Assembly: GCA_043228905.1 (NCBI GenBank)
Contig: JBHGNT010000005.1
Span: 12,400,001 to 12,464,000, forward strand
DNA: 64,000 bases
Reading direction: 5' to 3'
From: Azolla caroliniana
Lineage: Eukaryota; Plantae; Polypodiophyta
Part shown: positions 49,904 through 64,000 of the stretch, one piece after another
How positions within the stretch are numbered: position 1 is the first letter of the stretch
Layout: each line of letters starts with the position of its first letter
The notes under the pieces: model-generated
The model's input: only the letters and a program-made list of their open reading frames with translations
Database searches by the model: none
What the model was told of the DNA's origin: nothing
Position numbers and translations under genes: made by a program

Positions 49904-52900
49904 TTTTGAGCGGCAAGCTCAACTCGAGCCGGATCGGCTGAATAAGCCTGAGCCGGCAAGCGAGACGGATCGGTAAGCTGTGAGCAACCGAGCCGGCAAG
50001 CAACTGAGCCGGTGAGTTGGGGAGCCGGTTAGCCGGATCCAATCAGTAACCGGAAGCCTAGTATTAGTGTAGACTACTAGGCAATTATAGTCTCGTAGTA
50101 AGTGTCAGATGCTCGTGTGAGCATTGAAGTACGCGGTACTTCAATCAGTCCCACGAGGACTTGTATAAATAATGCTACTGACCATAGTTGTATGTACAGA
50201 GTAATTATATCGTTTTTGAATATAGCTTTTGCGTTCTTCTCTCTCTGTCTCTCCCGCGTACTCTGTGTATTCCCTACTTTCTCTATTTTCTAACGCTTCC
50301 GCAAGTAATCGTTTATATGGTATCAGAGCGTGAGGGTTGAGAACCTCCTCTGCAGCCGACAAACGCCTGAAAGCAAACCCTAACAGGTCGTAAAACAGCA
50401 GAAAGAGAAGTGATGGATAGAGGGATGGCTAGCTTGCTCCCTGTGGAGAAACTCGACAGATCTAACTATGCATCTTGGTCGTATAAGATGCACCAGTACC
50501 TGTTTGGGCATGGCTTTTGGAATTTCGTCGAAGGAGCCAACCAAACAACACCTGATGCGGCACATAAGGACTTCCTAGTGTGGGAACAATCGGCAAGCAG
50601 AGTGATGTACTGCTTTGCATCCAGTGTCGGAGACCAGCTGCTAAGCCACATCCGAGATGCCAAGACGCCGAAGGAGGCTTGGGGGAACTTGAAAAAGGTT
50701 TCCGCCGCGAGCACTACAGACCGGAAGCTGCAACTCCGACATAAGGACATGTCGGTGGTGGATTACAAGGCCCGGATCAAAGAGATCTGTGACTCCCTTT
50801 CCTCTATCAACGTTACCGTAGAGGAAGACGAGATGGTACAGGTCTATCTTGGGGGCCTGGCATCTAAGTTCAGAGCGCTCCGAACGGCGGTGTGTACAAG
50901 GGAGAATACGCCATCATTTTTCGACTTACAGTCGATGCTCCTTGTAGAGGAGAACCATGCCGATGCGTCAACTAGCGCACCCACTGACAGCCAGATGTTG
51001 TACACGGAGGTAGATCGGTCCCATGGGCGTGGTGGACGAGGCAGGTCGGCACGCAATGGAGGCGGCCGGCAAGAGCAAGAACGAAGGCAAAGAGAACGTG
51101 CTGACAACAGTTCCGGGACTTCCACAGGCAGGGGGAGTCATGGCGACACCGGAAGACGGCAAGAGAAGTCTGCAACGGAATGCTGGTACTGTGGCAAAAA
51201 GGGCCATAAAGAAAGCGAGTGCTGGAGAAAACGCGCCGATACGGACAAATCCAGATCCGGCAAGGCCGGCAAGGATGGCCGGGAAAGCTCGCACTATGCG
51301 AAGGGATCGGGAGGATCCAAGAACGATAACGGGCCAACCTTGGTGATGAAGCACGAGGCGAACTCGATGAAGATGACCACTTCCAAATCGGAGGAAGTCT
51401 GGTATGTTGACTCTGGTGCGTCGAACCACATGACGAGCCACAAAGAGTGGTTCTCCTTTTTGGAAAAACCGGATCAACCAGGAGTAGTCGAAACCGGAGA
51501 CGACACTCCTCACCCAATCGTGCACGTCGGAGAAGTCCCTTTGAGCCACGTCGAACAGAAGGGGAAACTGATGAACGTATTACACGTTCCGACAATCATG
51601 AAGAACCTGGTGTCGGTCGGACAGATCGTCGACCAATGGATGCAAGTGCGGTTTACGCACCTCGGGTGCTTCATCAAGGACGAGGGCCAGATTATTGCGC
51701 AAGGGCGCAAAGACGAGAGGATGTTTATCCTCGACACCAATGACATCGGCACCGCTCTGTTTGCAAAAGGACAGAAGGTCGAATCGGACATCAACCTGTG
51801 GCACAAGTGGATAGGCCACGTCAATTACCGGAGGCTTCAAGACCTGCAAACGAAACAAGTTGTTTTCGGTTTGCCGAAGTTCAGCGGCCGGAAGGCCCAA
51901 GTATGTGAAGCCTGCCAACTCGGGAAGCAACACCGGCTTCCATTCCCTACCAAACATAACCGGATCCGTAACAAGCTTGACCTAATCCATTCGGATGTGT
52001 GGGGACCGGCACAGAGTGTTAGTCTTGGTGGGAGTCGATATTTCGTCTCCTTCATTGACGACTATACACGGCACACATAGATCAACCTCATTGAGCGTAA
52101 GAGTGAAGTCTTCGAGTGTTTCCGGAGTCTCCAACGCATGGTGGAACGGGAATCGGAGAGGAAGATCAAATGCCTGAGGTCGGATGGCGAGAAAGAATAC
52201 TTTTCTGGCCAATTCAACAGTTATCTGCAGCAAACGGGAATTCGGCGGGAGTTCAGCTGCAGATACACACCGCAACAGAATGGTGTTGCCGAGAGGAAGA
52301 ACCGGTCACTTATCAAGGCGGCAAGGGCAATGCTGGAGGAGAAGATCATGCCCAAATTCTACTGGGCGGAGGCAGTCCGAACGGCTGTCTACATCGAGAA
52401 CCGGATCAGTGACAAGGTGTCAGCTCACGAGCTGTATTTCGGGCAGAAGCCGAATTTGAGACACCTTAAGATCTTCGGTAGCTTTGCATTTGTGCATGTA
52501 CTAGATGAGAAGCGGAGGAAGCTAGATGCAAAATCGGAAAAATGCATCCTAGTCGGCTATGCTCAAGAGCAAAAGGGTTATAAGTGTTATAACCCCTAGA
52601 CAAATCAGGTCCGAATTAGTCGAGATGTCAAGTTTGATGAATTGGCATCGTGGTACTCCTTACCGAGTCCGACTTCCGAATCTTACCCGATGCCGGTGGA
52701 TGAGGCTAGTGATCCTGAACCGGCCCAGGTAGAGGATGATGAAGCGTGGACTCAGGATGAGAGTCCGGAATCGTTCCGGTTGAGTGGGTCGAACGAGAGA
52801 CTGAGTCAATTTGACCAGTCCGATGAGGAACCGGCGAGTAGTGGAGACTCTGCCGTGCACTCCCCGCGCAAGGAACCGAGGAGATGGTTCACGCACAAAG

Positions 52901-55626
52901 AGAAGGGGAAGAAGAAGATGCAAGAATTCGAATCCGGCAACGATGAGTCGGATTGGTGTACGTCCAACTCCGGCAAGGAGAAAGGCAGATCTTCGGCAAT
53001 GAAGACCGAACCGGCCAAGAAGGGCCTCAAACTAGGTAACGGTGAGTTACGTCGGTCCACTCGCCAAAAGGATCCCATCAAGCGGTACGGGAACAATGAG
53101 TACATGGAGCATCACTATGCGTACATGACTAAGGTGGCGGAAGTGCGTGAACCGGAGAGCTACGCAGAAGCGGCCACGGATGCAAATTGGCGTGCCGCTA
53201 TGGAGGAAGAAATGTGGGCACTTGATGTCAACAAGACATGGGACCTGGTTGACCCTCCTTGTCACTATAAACCGATCGGATGCAAGTGGATATACAAAGT
53301 AAAGTACAACTCCGACGGTTCAGTTAACCGGCACAAGGCCCGGTTAGTGGCGAAGGGATATGTGCAGACCCACGGAATCGACTACGACGAGACCTTCGCT
53401 CCTATAGCGAAGATGACGACGGTTCGAGTGGTGTTGGCGGTTGCTGCAGCAAGGGGGTGGCATCTTCATCAGATGGATGTGAAGAATGCATTTCCTCAAG
53501 GTGATCTTGAAGAAGAAGTCTTTATGACTCAGCCTCCCGGTTTTTAATCGGAGATGAACAAGTCGGCGGTATGCCGGCTGAAGAAGTCGTTGTACGGCCT
53601 GAAGCAAGCCCCTCAAACTTGGAATGCGAAGATCATGCACCGGTTACGTAAGATGGGGTTTGTGGCCTCCAAATCGGACTCTTCATTGTTCATCCGGCAA
53701 GGCCCAGCCGGTTCGGTATGTATACTGTTGTATGTTGATGATCTAGTCATCATCGGACCGAGTGTTCCAGAAATCAACCGCGTCAAGTCCCAGTTGTCGG
53801 ATGCATTTGAGATGAAGGATCTGGGGGACCTTCATTATTTTCTAGGGATCGAGGTGATCCGAACCCCAGACGGCATATTGCTCTCACAACGACATTACGT
53901 CTTGAATATGATGTACAAGTTCGGCATGACAGAATGTCGACCTATATCCACACCCTTGGACCGGAACCAGAAGCTTCGTCCCAACTCCGAACCGGCCTGC
54001 AACGAGCAATGGTTCCGGCAAATTGTCGAAAGCCTTATTTACTTGACTATCACGTGACCCAACATCAGCTATCCGGTCGGAATGATAAGTTAGTTCATGC
54101 AGCAGCCGACCGTGGAGCACCTTCAGTGCGCGCAAAGGATATTGCGGTATGTCAACGGCACGAAGGACCGGGGACTAATATATCGGCGCGGTATACCCGA
54201 AGAGCTCGTCGGTTACACGGATGCTGACTGGGCCGGCGATGCATCAGATCACCGATCAACCTCCGGTTACATGTTTTCTCTTGGAAGCGCGGTTGTTGCG
54301 TGGAGTAGCAAAAAGCAGCCAACAGTTGCTCTATCGAGCACTGAGGCTGAGTATCGGGGTGCTACCATTGCCACCTGTCAAGCCATTTGGCTTCGGCGAC
54401 TGTTGCAAGACTTACGGATCGAGGTACCGACCCTGATTCTGGTCCACTGCGACAACATAAGCAGTATGCAACTCGCCAAGAACCCCGTATTCCATGCTCG
54501 CACAAAACACATAGAAGTGCACTATCACTTCGTGCGTGAGCGTGTCTTGAGCGGTGAAGTTGAACTTCAGTACGTTCACACAGATCGGCAAGTTGCTGAC
54601 ATCTTCACCAAACCACTCAGCTCGGACAAGTTGTAGCACTTCACCGAAATGCTTGGTGTTCAGCATCTCGACGAGAAACACTTGAGGGGGAGAATGGCCA
54701 AAGACACCGGAACTGGCAAAGGCAAAGAGACTGCCGATTGCGGCAGAGTCAAGAAGGACAGAGCCGACCGAAGGAAGAAGGCCAAGACCCGAACATGGTC
54801 CGATGTGGTGAAGGTCTTGGAACCTAAAGACGAATCGGGAGCAACCGATTCGAACAAGAGCTGGAACGAATCGGAGACAGTCGATTTAGTTCAACAGACA
54901 GATTCGGAAGAATCGGATCAATTCAAGGCCAAGCATACACGGATGCAGCAGAAGTCGATGCCATCACGGAGGAACCGATGGATCGGCAAGCGCCAGAGTC
55001 ATAGCAGCAAAGGAGCTGAGAGGGGCCTATTGAGCAGACATACCGATCGAGAAGATCGAGGCGAGCAGAACAAGAGGGGTTGCGGCAAACAGAACCGGAC
55101 CGGACGAGGAGCGCGAGCAAGGCAGAGCAACGCCAGGAGAAGTCTGTTGGAAGAACCGACTGCCACAGAGACTGACACTAGGATCCAACCTCAAGTTGAG
55201 CTTGAGGGGGAGTGTTGAGCGGCAAGCTCAACTCGAGCCGGATCGGCTGAATAAGCCTGAGCCGGCAAGCGAGACGGATCGGTAAGCTGTGAGCAACCGA
55301 GCCGGCAAGCAACTGAGCCGGTGAGCTGGGGAGCCGGTTAGCCGGTTCCAATCAGTACCCGGAAGCCTAGTATTAGTGTAGACTACTAGGCAATTATAGT
55401 CTCGTAGTAAGTGTCAGATGCTCGTGTGAGCATTGAAGTACGCAGTACTTCTGTCAGTCCCACGAGGACTTGTATAAATAATGCTACTGAGCATAGTCGT
55501 ATGTACAGAGTAATTATATCATTTTTTAATATAGCTTTTGCATTCTGCTCTCTCTGTCTCTCCCACGTACTCTATGTATTCCCTACTTTCTCTGTTTTCT
55601 AACGCTTCCGCAAGTAATCGTTTACA
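49904..55626 (+). mobile_element. Full-length copia family A, 414-bp LTRs, 5-bp TSD ACAAT
   Basis: LTRs 49904-50317 (ends mutated) and 55213-55626. PBS 50318-50329. PPT at 55204-55212. TSD at 49899-49903 and 55627-55631. Confidence 0.97.
50410..55218 (+). pseudogene. pol: copia gag-pol in a single frame, broken by several point stops, with C-terminal extension
   Basis: ORFs 50410-52080, 52138-52599, 52642-53547, 53554-54057, 54097-54636 and 54649-55218 share one frame. CWYCGKKGHKESEC, WYVDSGAS, QQNGVAERKNR, LLYVDDL. Confidence 0.95.
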
Positions 55627-55812
55627 ACAATGACCTACAAATGTCTCCCATTTCAATTTAAAACAAAGTCTTTTCATGCCATGTGTGTTTATTATACATA
55701 CCCATCTTGGCTCTTACAACTTATATCCCATAACACACAAACTTTGCACTTATTTGTAGCATTTTCATGTGGATCTACCAACACTTCACCCATTTGACTC
55801 ATCAAATCTAAG

Positions 55813-56102
55813 TTTTGAGATACAAGCTCAACATTGGGTGCGTAAACCAGTCCGTAAACCAATGCGTAGACTGGGTGCGTAAACCGGGTGTGCAACGAGA
55901 GGTCGTAGCGGTGCGTAAATCGGGAGGCCATTGGAAAGATATCCCGTGGAGGAATATATTTTGGGAGTTAGAGTAGGGGCTCATTGATGAGCATTGAAGT
56001 ATGTGTCAGTACTTCTATTAGTCCGTATGGACTTGTATAAAGTGCTCTCTGAGCACATCCTATGTACAGAGTGTTATTTGCTTGGAAATAGAACTGATGT
56101 CT

Positions 56103-56176
<74 letters not shown>

Positions 56177-59100
56177 CCTTCTTCTCTCTGTGTTTTCTGT
56201 GTTTCACCGAACTATCATATTTCCGAACTGTGTGCTCAGTGTCTTTTACACACACGCTTCCGCACATATTCCTTTTCATGGTATCAGAGCGCAAGGGTTG
56301 AGACTCCTCTGCAGCCGACAGAAAAGCAAGCGATAAAGATAGAGTCAAGTTTTTTCAATTTTGGAAAAGATACGACAACAATATGGACAGAGGAATGGGA
56401 CAAAAGATACGACTGAGAAGCTCGACAGGAGCAACTACGCATCTTGGTCTTACAAGATGCACCAGTATCTGCTCGTTCATGGTTACTGGAGTTATGTTGA
56501 TGGAGCTAATGATGCAACACCCGAATCGACAAATAGAGATTTCTCGTCCTCGGAACATGCAGCAAGCAGAGTTCTCTACTGCTTCGCATCCTGTGTGAGC
56601 GATCAGCTTCTGAGCTACATTCGGGATGCGAAGACACCAAAGGATGCTTGGGGAAATCTGAAAAAGATTTTCGTCACGAGCACTACAGCCAAAAAGCTCC
56701 AACTCAGGCAAGAGTTGAGCAATGTTCAACAATGAGATATGTCGGTGGCTGACTACACTTCCAAGATCAAGGACATCTATGACTCTCTCACCTTCATCGA
56801 TGTAAATGTTGAGGAGGACGAAATGGTGCAAGTATGTCTCAAAGGGTTAGCGTCGAAGTTCCGCGTTGTCCAAACTGCGGTCTATACGAGGGAGAATACG
56901 TCATCGTTTTTTTTACTTACAATCAATGCTCCTAGTAGAGGAGAACCACACGGGTGCATCAACGAGTATGCACACCGACAACAAGATGTTGTACACGGAG
57001 GAATATAGGCCCCATGGTTGTGGCGGACGAGGCGAGTTGGCGCACAATGGAGGCGGCTGACAGGAGCAAGATGGAAGGCATGGTCGTAATGCTAACAATA
57101 GTTCCGGACCCTCCGGAAGCAGGGGGAGTCAAGGCGGTGCAAGAAACCCGCCGCGGAATGTTGATACTATCGCAAGAAAGGCCACAGGGAGCGCGAGTGC
57201 TAGAAGAAACGTGTCGATTCGGAGAAAACCACATCCGGATCCAGGCAAACCGAAAAAGGAAATCGGCAGCGACCTAGCCTTCGTAATGAAGCACACAGCC
57301 AATTCGATGGTGGTGAACACCTCGAAACCGAACGAGGTGTGGTGTGTTGACTCCGGAGAGTCAAATCATCTGACGAGTCACGAGCAATGGTTCTCGTACT
57401 TGGAGAAACCAGAAAAACAAGGAGTGGTTGAAACTAGAGATGACACTCCGCCAACCATCGAACATGTAGGAGAAGTTCCCCTTTGCCACGTCAAGCAGAA
57501 AAGGAAACTCATGAACGTGCTACACGTCCCATCTTGATTGCTACATCGAAGAAGAAGGCAAGATAATTGCGCAAGTGCACCGTAAAGGGAGGATGTTTAT
57601 CCTCGAGACCAAAGACGTAGGCACCGCTATGTTCGCAAAAGGGCAAAAGGTCGAATCAGATATCAACCTGTGGCACAAGCGGTTCGGCCACGTACATTTC
57701 CCGAAGCTTCAAGAAATGCAGACGAAAAACATCATTTTCGGCTTGCCGAAATTCAGTGGCCGAAAGGGCCAAGTTTGTGAAGCCTACCAGTTGGGAAAAC
57801 ATCAACGACTTCCATTCCCCAATGACTATAACTGGAGTCGAAATCTGCTCGATGTGATCCATTCGGATGTATGGGGACCAGCACAAAACGTAAGTCTCGA
57901 TGGAAGCCAATATTTCGTGACTTTCATTGATGACTTCTCTCGGCACACTTGGGCGTGCTTGATCGCGAAATAGAGCGAAATCTTCACGTGTTTCCTAAAG
58001 GTAAACAGCCTTGAAGAAAGGGAAATCGAACGAAAGATCAAGTGCCTAAGATCCGATGCCCAAGAGATGCAGAGAGGCGTCAAAGGTTGCACTATGCGGA
58101 AGGCTCCGAATGAGCCGGAAATGGATCGGGCCCAGCCTTCGTAATGAAGCACAAGGCTAATTCAATGGCCATGAACACCTCTAGAGCAAACGAGGTATGG
58201 TATGTTGACTCCGGAGCGTCAAATCATATGATGAGTCACGAGGAATGGTTCTCGTACCTGGAGAGACCGGAAAAAAAAGGAGTGGTGGAAACTAGAGACG
58301 ACACTCCGCATACCATCGAACATGTCGGTGAAGTTCCCCTTAGTCACGTTGGACAAAAAGGGAAGCTCATGAACGTACTACACGTCCCGAAAATAACCAA
58401 GAACCTAGTGTTGGTCGACCAAATCGTTGACCAAGGGATGCAAGTTCGATTCACGCATCTCGGGTGCTTCATAGAAGAGGAAGGCAAAATAATCGTGCAA
58501 GGGCTCCGTGAAGGGAGGATATTTATCCTTGAGACCAAACGTAGGCACCGCTATGTTCTCAAAAGGACAGAAGGTCGAGTCGAACATCACCCTGTGGCAT
58601 AAGTGGTTCGGCCATGTCAATTTCCCGAGGCTTCGAGAGATGCAGATGAAAAACATTGTTTTCGGCCTGCCGAAATTTAGTGGCCAAAACGGCCAAGGCT
58701 ACGAAGCCTACCAGTTGGGAAAACATCACCGACTTCCATTCCCCAATGAGTGTAACTGGAGTTGAAATCCTCTCGATGTGATCCATTCGGATGTATGGGT
58801 ACCAGCACAGAACGTCAGTCTCGGTGGAAGCCGATATTTCGTGACTTTTATTGATGACTTCTCTCGGCACACTTGGGTGTGCTTGATCGCGAAATAGAGC
58901 GAAGTCCTTGCGTGTTTCCTGAAGGTAAAGAGACTTGCAAAAAGGGAAATCGGATGAAAGATCAAGTGCCTAAGATCCGATGGTGGGAAGAAGTACTTCT
59001 CCGACCAGTTCTAGAATTATCTACATGACGAAGGAATTTGGCACGAAATTCTCCTGTAGATACAAGCCGCAGCAGAACGGCGTGGCCAAGCGGAAAAATT

Positions 59101-59614
59101 AGACGATCAAAGAGGAGGCTAGGGCAAGCAATGCTCGAAGAGAAGCATATGCCAAAATTTTATTGGGTTGAACCCGTAAGGATGGTTGTTTACCTGCGGA
59201 ATCGGATTTCTGCTAATGGAGGAGTGTCGCCACACTTCAAGAAGAAGCCGAACTTGGAACACTTGAGGGTTTTCGGTAGCATCGTGTATGTGCATGTGCC
59301 GAAGGAGAAATGGAGGAAGTTGGACGCCAAAGCCAAGAAGTGTATCTTGGTTGGCTACTCGGACGAACAGAAGTGTTATAAGTGTTATAACCCCCGATCC
59401 AAACAAGCTCACGTAAGTCATGATGTTGTGTTCGACGAGTCTGCGTCCTGGTACTTGCCTTCGCCTCCAACCACGGACGACCCCATTTTGATCATTGACA
59501 AAGCAATCCGCGAGTCTGAAATGCCTCAGGACGAAGGAGAAATCAGAGCTCCTGAAGAGAGTCCAATCACATTCACACTAAGTTGGCTGAATGAGCGACT
59601 GTGTCGGCATGACC
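55813..59614 (+). mobile_element. copia family A 5' part (LTR ~55813-56278 with (TC)n 56104-56172, PBS 56279-56290, gag, duplicated PR-INT segment, INT)
   Basis: tggtatcagagc after ...ttCA. gag similar to ORF 50410. Cut by the LTR at 59615. Confidence 0.88.
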
Positions 59615-62600
59615 TGTTATGTACACATAACATTGGTGAGGGTAGGTCACTAATATTTACATTAGTGAAGGGTATGTTCACTAATGTTAAAAAGGGGACT
59701 AATGATTGGATAGAAGGAATGATAGATGCATGCACTATCATGATTTGGACAACCAATGAATGGAGAGCCTTTTAGAAAGGCACAACTATTCAAGGGGCCT
59801 AGGAAAAGGTATAAATATGAGGCGTAGCTACCCTCATAAGGACATTACGTTGGAAGGCTATTGTCTTAGACACCAGTGGTGCAGGCTAGGCTTTCGTCTC
59901 GACGATCATGTTTATCTCTTCCAAGGTATTAGTCATCCTAATATTCGGCAGTATGGGACGTCGGTGGTAGGTTGGCTATGTTTAGATCATAGCTCGGGTG
60001 TGGTCGGGTGGAACGAGTTCTTCTATCCAATATATTTTCCTTCTTTTACTTTAGTTTGGTCTATTGATTAGTAATAGACTCTTAACAGTGGTATCAGAGC
60101 TTTTACTAACAAATTTTTTTGTTGTTTTGATATTTTTTGCGTGTGAGCGATGGGGATCTAACAAGGCTCGTCATGCTCTTCTCAGGATCAAAACAACACT
60201 CTAAACCCAGTATTCCTCTTTCTCGATCTCTCTTCTTTGTATGATACATTCTTGTTGGTCGAATCAAATTTATATTACGTTTTCTTTTCTTTTCTTTCTT
60301 CTTTCTACCACGATACGATTTTAATTATTATTGTGAATTGGGCCAAGCATGTTTGCACTAATCGCACACGCTCAACTCATGGCCTTTTGCATATTGTGAT
60401 GTATCTCCCACTCTCCTTTCTCTTGAGCCTTCTCTTACGATATTAATTATTGTTGTGCATCAGGTCAAGCATGTTTTCCTTAATTGCACATGCTCACCTC
60501 ATGTCCCTTTTGCATATGATGTTGAGGATGCCACTCTTCCCTATTGAGCCATCACTTGGCCGATTCTATGGGATGTTGTGGCCATGACGAGGTGTATGTC
60601 GCCTACCTATACCACACTACTCTCTATTGAGCCATCACTTTGCCGATTCTAGGGATATGTGGTGGTCTTAAGGAGGTGCATGTCGACTACCCTAGGTTCT
60701 TAGCTTAAGGCATGCTTAATGTTCCATACACCTAATTGATTATTATTCTAATTAATTTCTAATTACACAAATTGTCGTTTCACTTTTGTATGATTTTCTC
60801 GTAATTGTGATTTACCCACCCATAATTAACTCTCCTTTTTCCCCTTTCTTTTCATGTTTAAAGTATTTACATGCGTTTACCTATGATGTAACGTTTATGT
60901 GTAGACTATCTTTCGTATTGATTGGGCATCATGTCGCTTTTTGAACAATTATTTCCAACGGGTCATCTAGGTTTACCTCATATTATTGAGCCTTAGAACT
61001 CAAGTGAAATCATATGAGTTTCCCTATTGATGTTTTACTCATAAATTTGAGTAAATATTACATCTTTGCGCACAATACCACCACCATTTGTATCAATTTG
61101 TGGCTTATGTCACAATTGTGCAAATTACAACCACCATATTTGGATGTATATGTGCATACCTCGCACCATCTATTTATTTGTGACATTGTTTTTTTAGTAG
61201 GTAGCACGTGGGTTTTTTTACCCTTGTTTTCGTCACTACTTGCCTCTAATGGATAGTGCCTTATTTTATCATTTTTATCATCACATTTGCTTGTTACTCG
61301 CAAGACTAGAATATTACTTGCGAGTGCACTTGTTTTTTCACGTAATACACTTTCTTGACCATATCAATACATGTTGGGTTGGCATTTTAATATAAGGCTA
61401 ACTAGGAAACTACGTTGATGTTAGAACCATGGTTGAGCCTCGGGGAGCCGCCATGATTATTCAAGATAGAGATCCAAGAAAAACATCTTAGCTATGTTTT
61501 CCCCCATGGTTTTTAAAACACCATAGTGTTACCATAGTTATCGGATCTCGAATCACATCTCATATGTTTAGAGGGGTAAAGACGTGAGATGCTTTTTTGA
61601 CAAAGTTCTTCCAATCAAAATTTCAAGCATTCATTTTGCTTGTGTATTTTCTTAACCTCCTTATTTATATTGCATACCCACAGCTTGCATCATGGAACAA
61701 GTTTTGAACATTGTTGGAGCGATCTCTCCGATCGAGACCTCTCAACTCCAATCTGCATCTCGCACACAAGCTGAGATCACTATTGAGTAATTGCTCACTA
61801 CTACCTTGAATCAATTGGCTGAAATGAGGCAAGCCAATATGGCATTGGAAAAGAAATTCCAAGAATTGACTATTGAGTCCAAGAAAGAAGGTGAACCTTC
61901 TTTTGTAGTCACGCAATTCAAGGGAGATAAGAAAGAAAGAACCGAGGAGGCCATTAGCACATGGCTTGGTCGTTGGAAGTCTCACTTTGAGCTCCACCCC
62001 AAGCCCGATGCTGTAAAAATTGGTTATGTCGGCCGTGAGTTAGGTGGCCAAGTTGTTGCTTGGTGGCGTGGCCTAAGGACTGCAAAGAACTTACCCACAC
62101 CTATTTTTAAGAAATAGTTTTTGCAGCCACCTTCTCAAACTGAACAAGTGCAACACTTGCTCACGTTGTCGAGTAAGCCATTTATCTCTCTCAAGGATTA
62201 TGTGCATCATGCTCTAACCCAGATCCAAAAATCAGGACTTACGGGTGAGAAATGGTTTTTTGCTTGCTTTTTGAATGGTATTCCTAATGGGGATTACCAT
62301 TGGATTGTCCATGACAAGGACCCCACAATTTTTTAGGAAGCCGTCAACATTGTACTTCGGTACCATAGGACTTCCAAGAAAGACCACAATAAACCTGAGT
62401 TTGCCAAAACTCCGAATGTCAAGTTCATTGGGAAACGTAACCAATCCAATGACACTCTTGACCGCAACTCCAAGACACCTAAACTCTTCTGTGCATATTG
62501 CAAGAAGCAGGGCCACACAAAGGATACCTATCGTGGTCTTGAGAGGAAGTCAATGAACACCCCTCCTCAAGGCAAATCTACGATTCACACAGGTGAGTCT

Positions 62601-64000
62601 TTTGATGTTGTTGAAGTTCATACCAACCACTTAAGTTCATGTGAATGCACTTTTCCTTCACATTTACTTGAAACTAATGATTTACTCCAAGTTGTCGGGT
62701 ATATCAATGGAACACAAGCACATTTCTTGTTTGATTCCGGTAGTTCTCACAATTTTCTTAATGATCACTTTGTGCAGCAAATGGAATTCCACATAAACGC
62801 AAGTGATCATATCTATCAAGTTCACATGGCAAATGGAAGCGTTCAACACATCAATGGCATTGTTTGTCAACTGCCAATTCAAATAGATACCTATTTGGAG
62901 AAGCTAGACTTTCATGTTATGAAACTTCAATCCACAGATGTCATTTTAGGATACCCTTGGTTTTTTAATAAAAACCCTTCTTTGTCCATTGATTGGGTTA
63001 ATCACTCAAATACATTTGAACTTAATAATTGTAAACATTTTATTCAATGTTCCAAACTTCCTTCTTCTAAATCTTTAAGTGAGTATTCTAGTTCATTAAT
63101 TTATTCGTGTCTAATTGATCCTGCACTTCAATTTTATTATTTTAATATTAACGTCACACCATTGCCACATTATGAACAATGATTACTCGACTCTATTTTA
63201 GATGATTTTCAAGAGGTGTTTCCTAACGAATTGTCGCTTACTGTACCACCAAAACGAATGTGGACCATCAAATTGAACTCATCCTCGGTGTTGCTCTTGT
63301 GATCATTCCACCTTACCAACTTAGTCAATTAGAAGAGGATGAGATCGCTAAACAACTTAAGGAATACTTGAGTATGGGCCACATTAGGTATAGTAAATCA
63401 CCTTGGGGTGCGCTAGTTCTATTAGTAAAGAAGAAGGAAGGTTCATGGCAAATGTGTATCAATTATTGCCGTTTGAATAAAATGACAATTAAAAATGCAT
63501 ATCCGTTACCTCGTGCTGATGATTTGATTGATCGTTTGAATGGGGCTCGATATTTTACGAAAATTGACTTACGAATAGGTTATCATCATATTCGCATTGC
63601 CAAGGATGATATTCCTAAAACCGCTTTTCGTACGTGCTATGGCCATTATGAGTTTTTAGTCATGCCTTTCGGATTGACTAATGCTCCAGCCACATTCCAA
63701 CAAGCGATGAATGACGTTTTCCGAGATCAACTCGGTGATTTTGTTGTCGTCTTCTTGGATGATATTTTGATATATAGTCGTACCTTGCAAGATCATGTTC
63801 AACATGTTCAATTTGTTTTGCAAAAGTTGTGTGCCAACTCTTTCTATCCAAAACATTCAAAATGTGATTTTTTCCAAAAATCTATTGTGTACCTAGGTCA
63901 TTTAATTACAGAAAATGGTGTTGAAATTGAACCTTCTCGTATTGAAAAGGTTAAACTTTGGCCCATTCCTCGTAATATTCGTGAACTGCGATCATTCTTA
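59615..64000 (+). mobile_element. Chromovirus-like Ty3/gypsy: 5' LTR 59615-60087, PBS-iMet 60089-60100, long leader, gag-PR-RT running off the window
   Basis: TGTTA...TAACA. LGGQVVAWW, CAYCKKQGH, FLFDSGSSHNF, MPFGLTNAPATFQ, VFLDDILIYS. Chromodomain not visible in the window. Confidence 0.88.
61690..64000 (+). pseudogene. pol: gypsy gag-protease-RT with stops and frameshifts
   Basis: ORFs 61791-62117, 62121-62336 and 62553-63182, plus RT motifs at ~63400-64000. Confidence 0.88.

Noticed and set aside
55968-56416. ORFs with SLSLSL or RERERE runs (also 43520-43626)
   Set aside because: Translations of (TC)n microsatellites.

Overview
This 64-kb window is eukaryotic, plant-type heterochromatin with no recognisable host gene. 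It is an almost continuous nest of more than 20 transposon pieces. The groups are: (i) Athila-like non-chromovirus Ty3/gypsy elements with a tRNA-Arg-type PBS, three Gag zinc knuckles and a large extra 3' ORF; (ii) a tRNA-Trp-primed gypsy-type group with 4-bp TSDs, including a young pol-less 4.8-kb element and a 1.4-kb solo LTR; (iii) two Ty1/copia groups primed by tRNA-iMet, with two structurally complete copies (37066-42389 and 49904-55626, both with 5-bp TSDs); (iv) a chromovirus-like gypsy at the right edge; (v) one end of a hAT-like DNA transposon; (vi) a 3' LINE stub inside a (TC)n tract; and (vii) a ~130-bp plastid rpoA fragment. A seed-free plant such as a fern is a guess only. The most unusual signal is at 9213-9229. 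Where the polypurine tract of a gypsy 3' LTR should lie there is instead an inverted tRNA-Arg primer-binding site, suggesting tRNA priming of both cDNA strands. All calls are by eye from sequence and recalled motifs. Boundaries not fixed by TG..CA ends, TSDs or a PBS are approximate.
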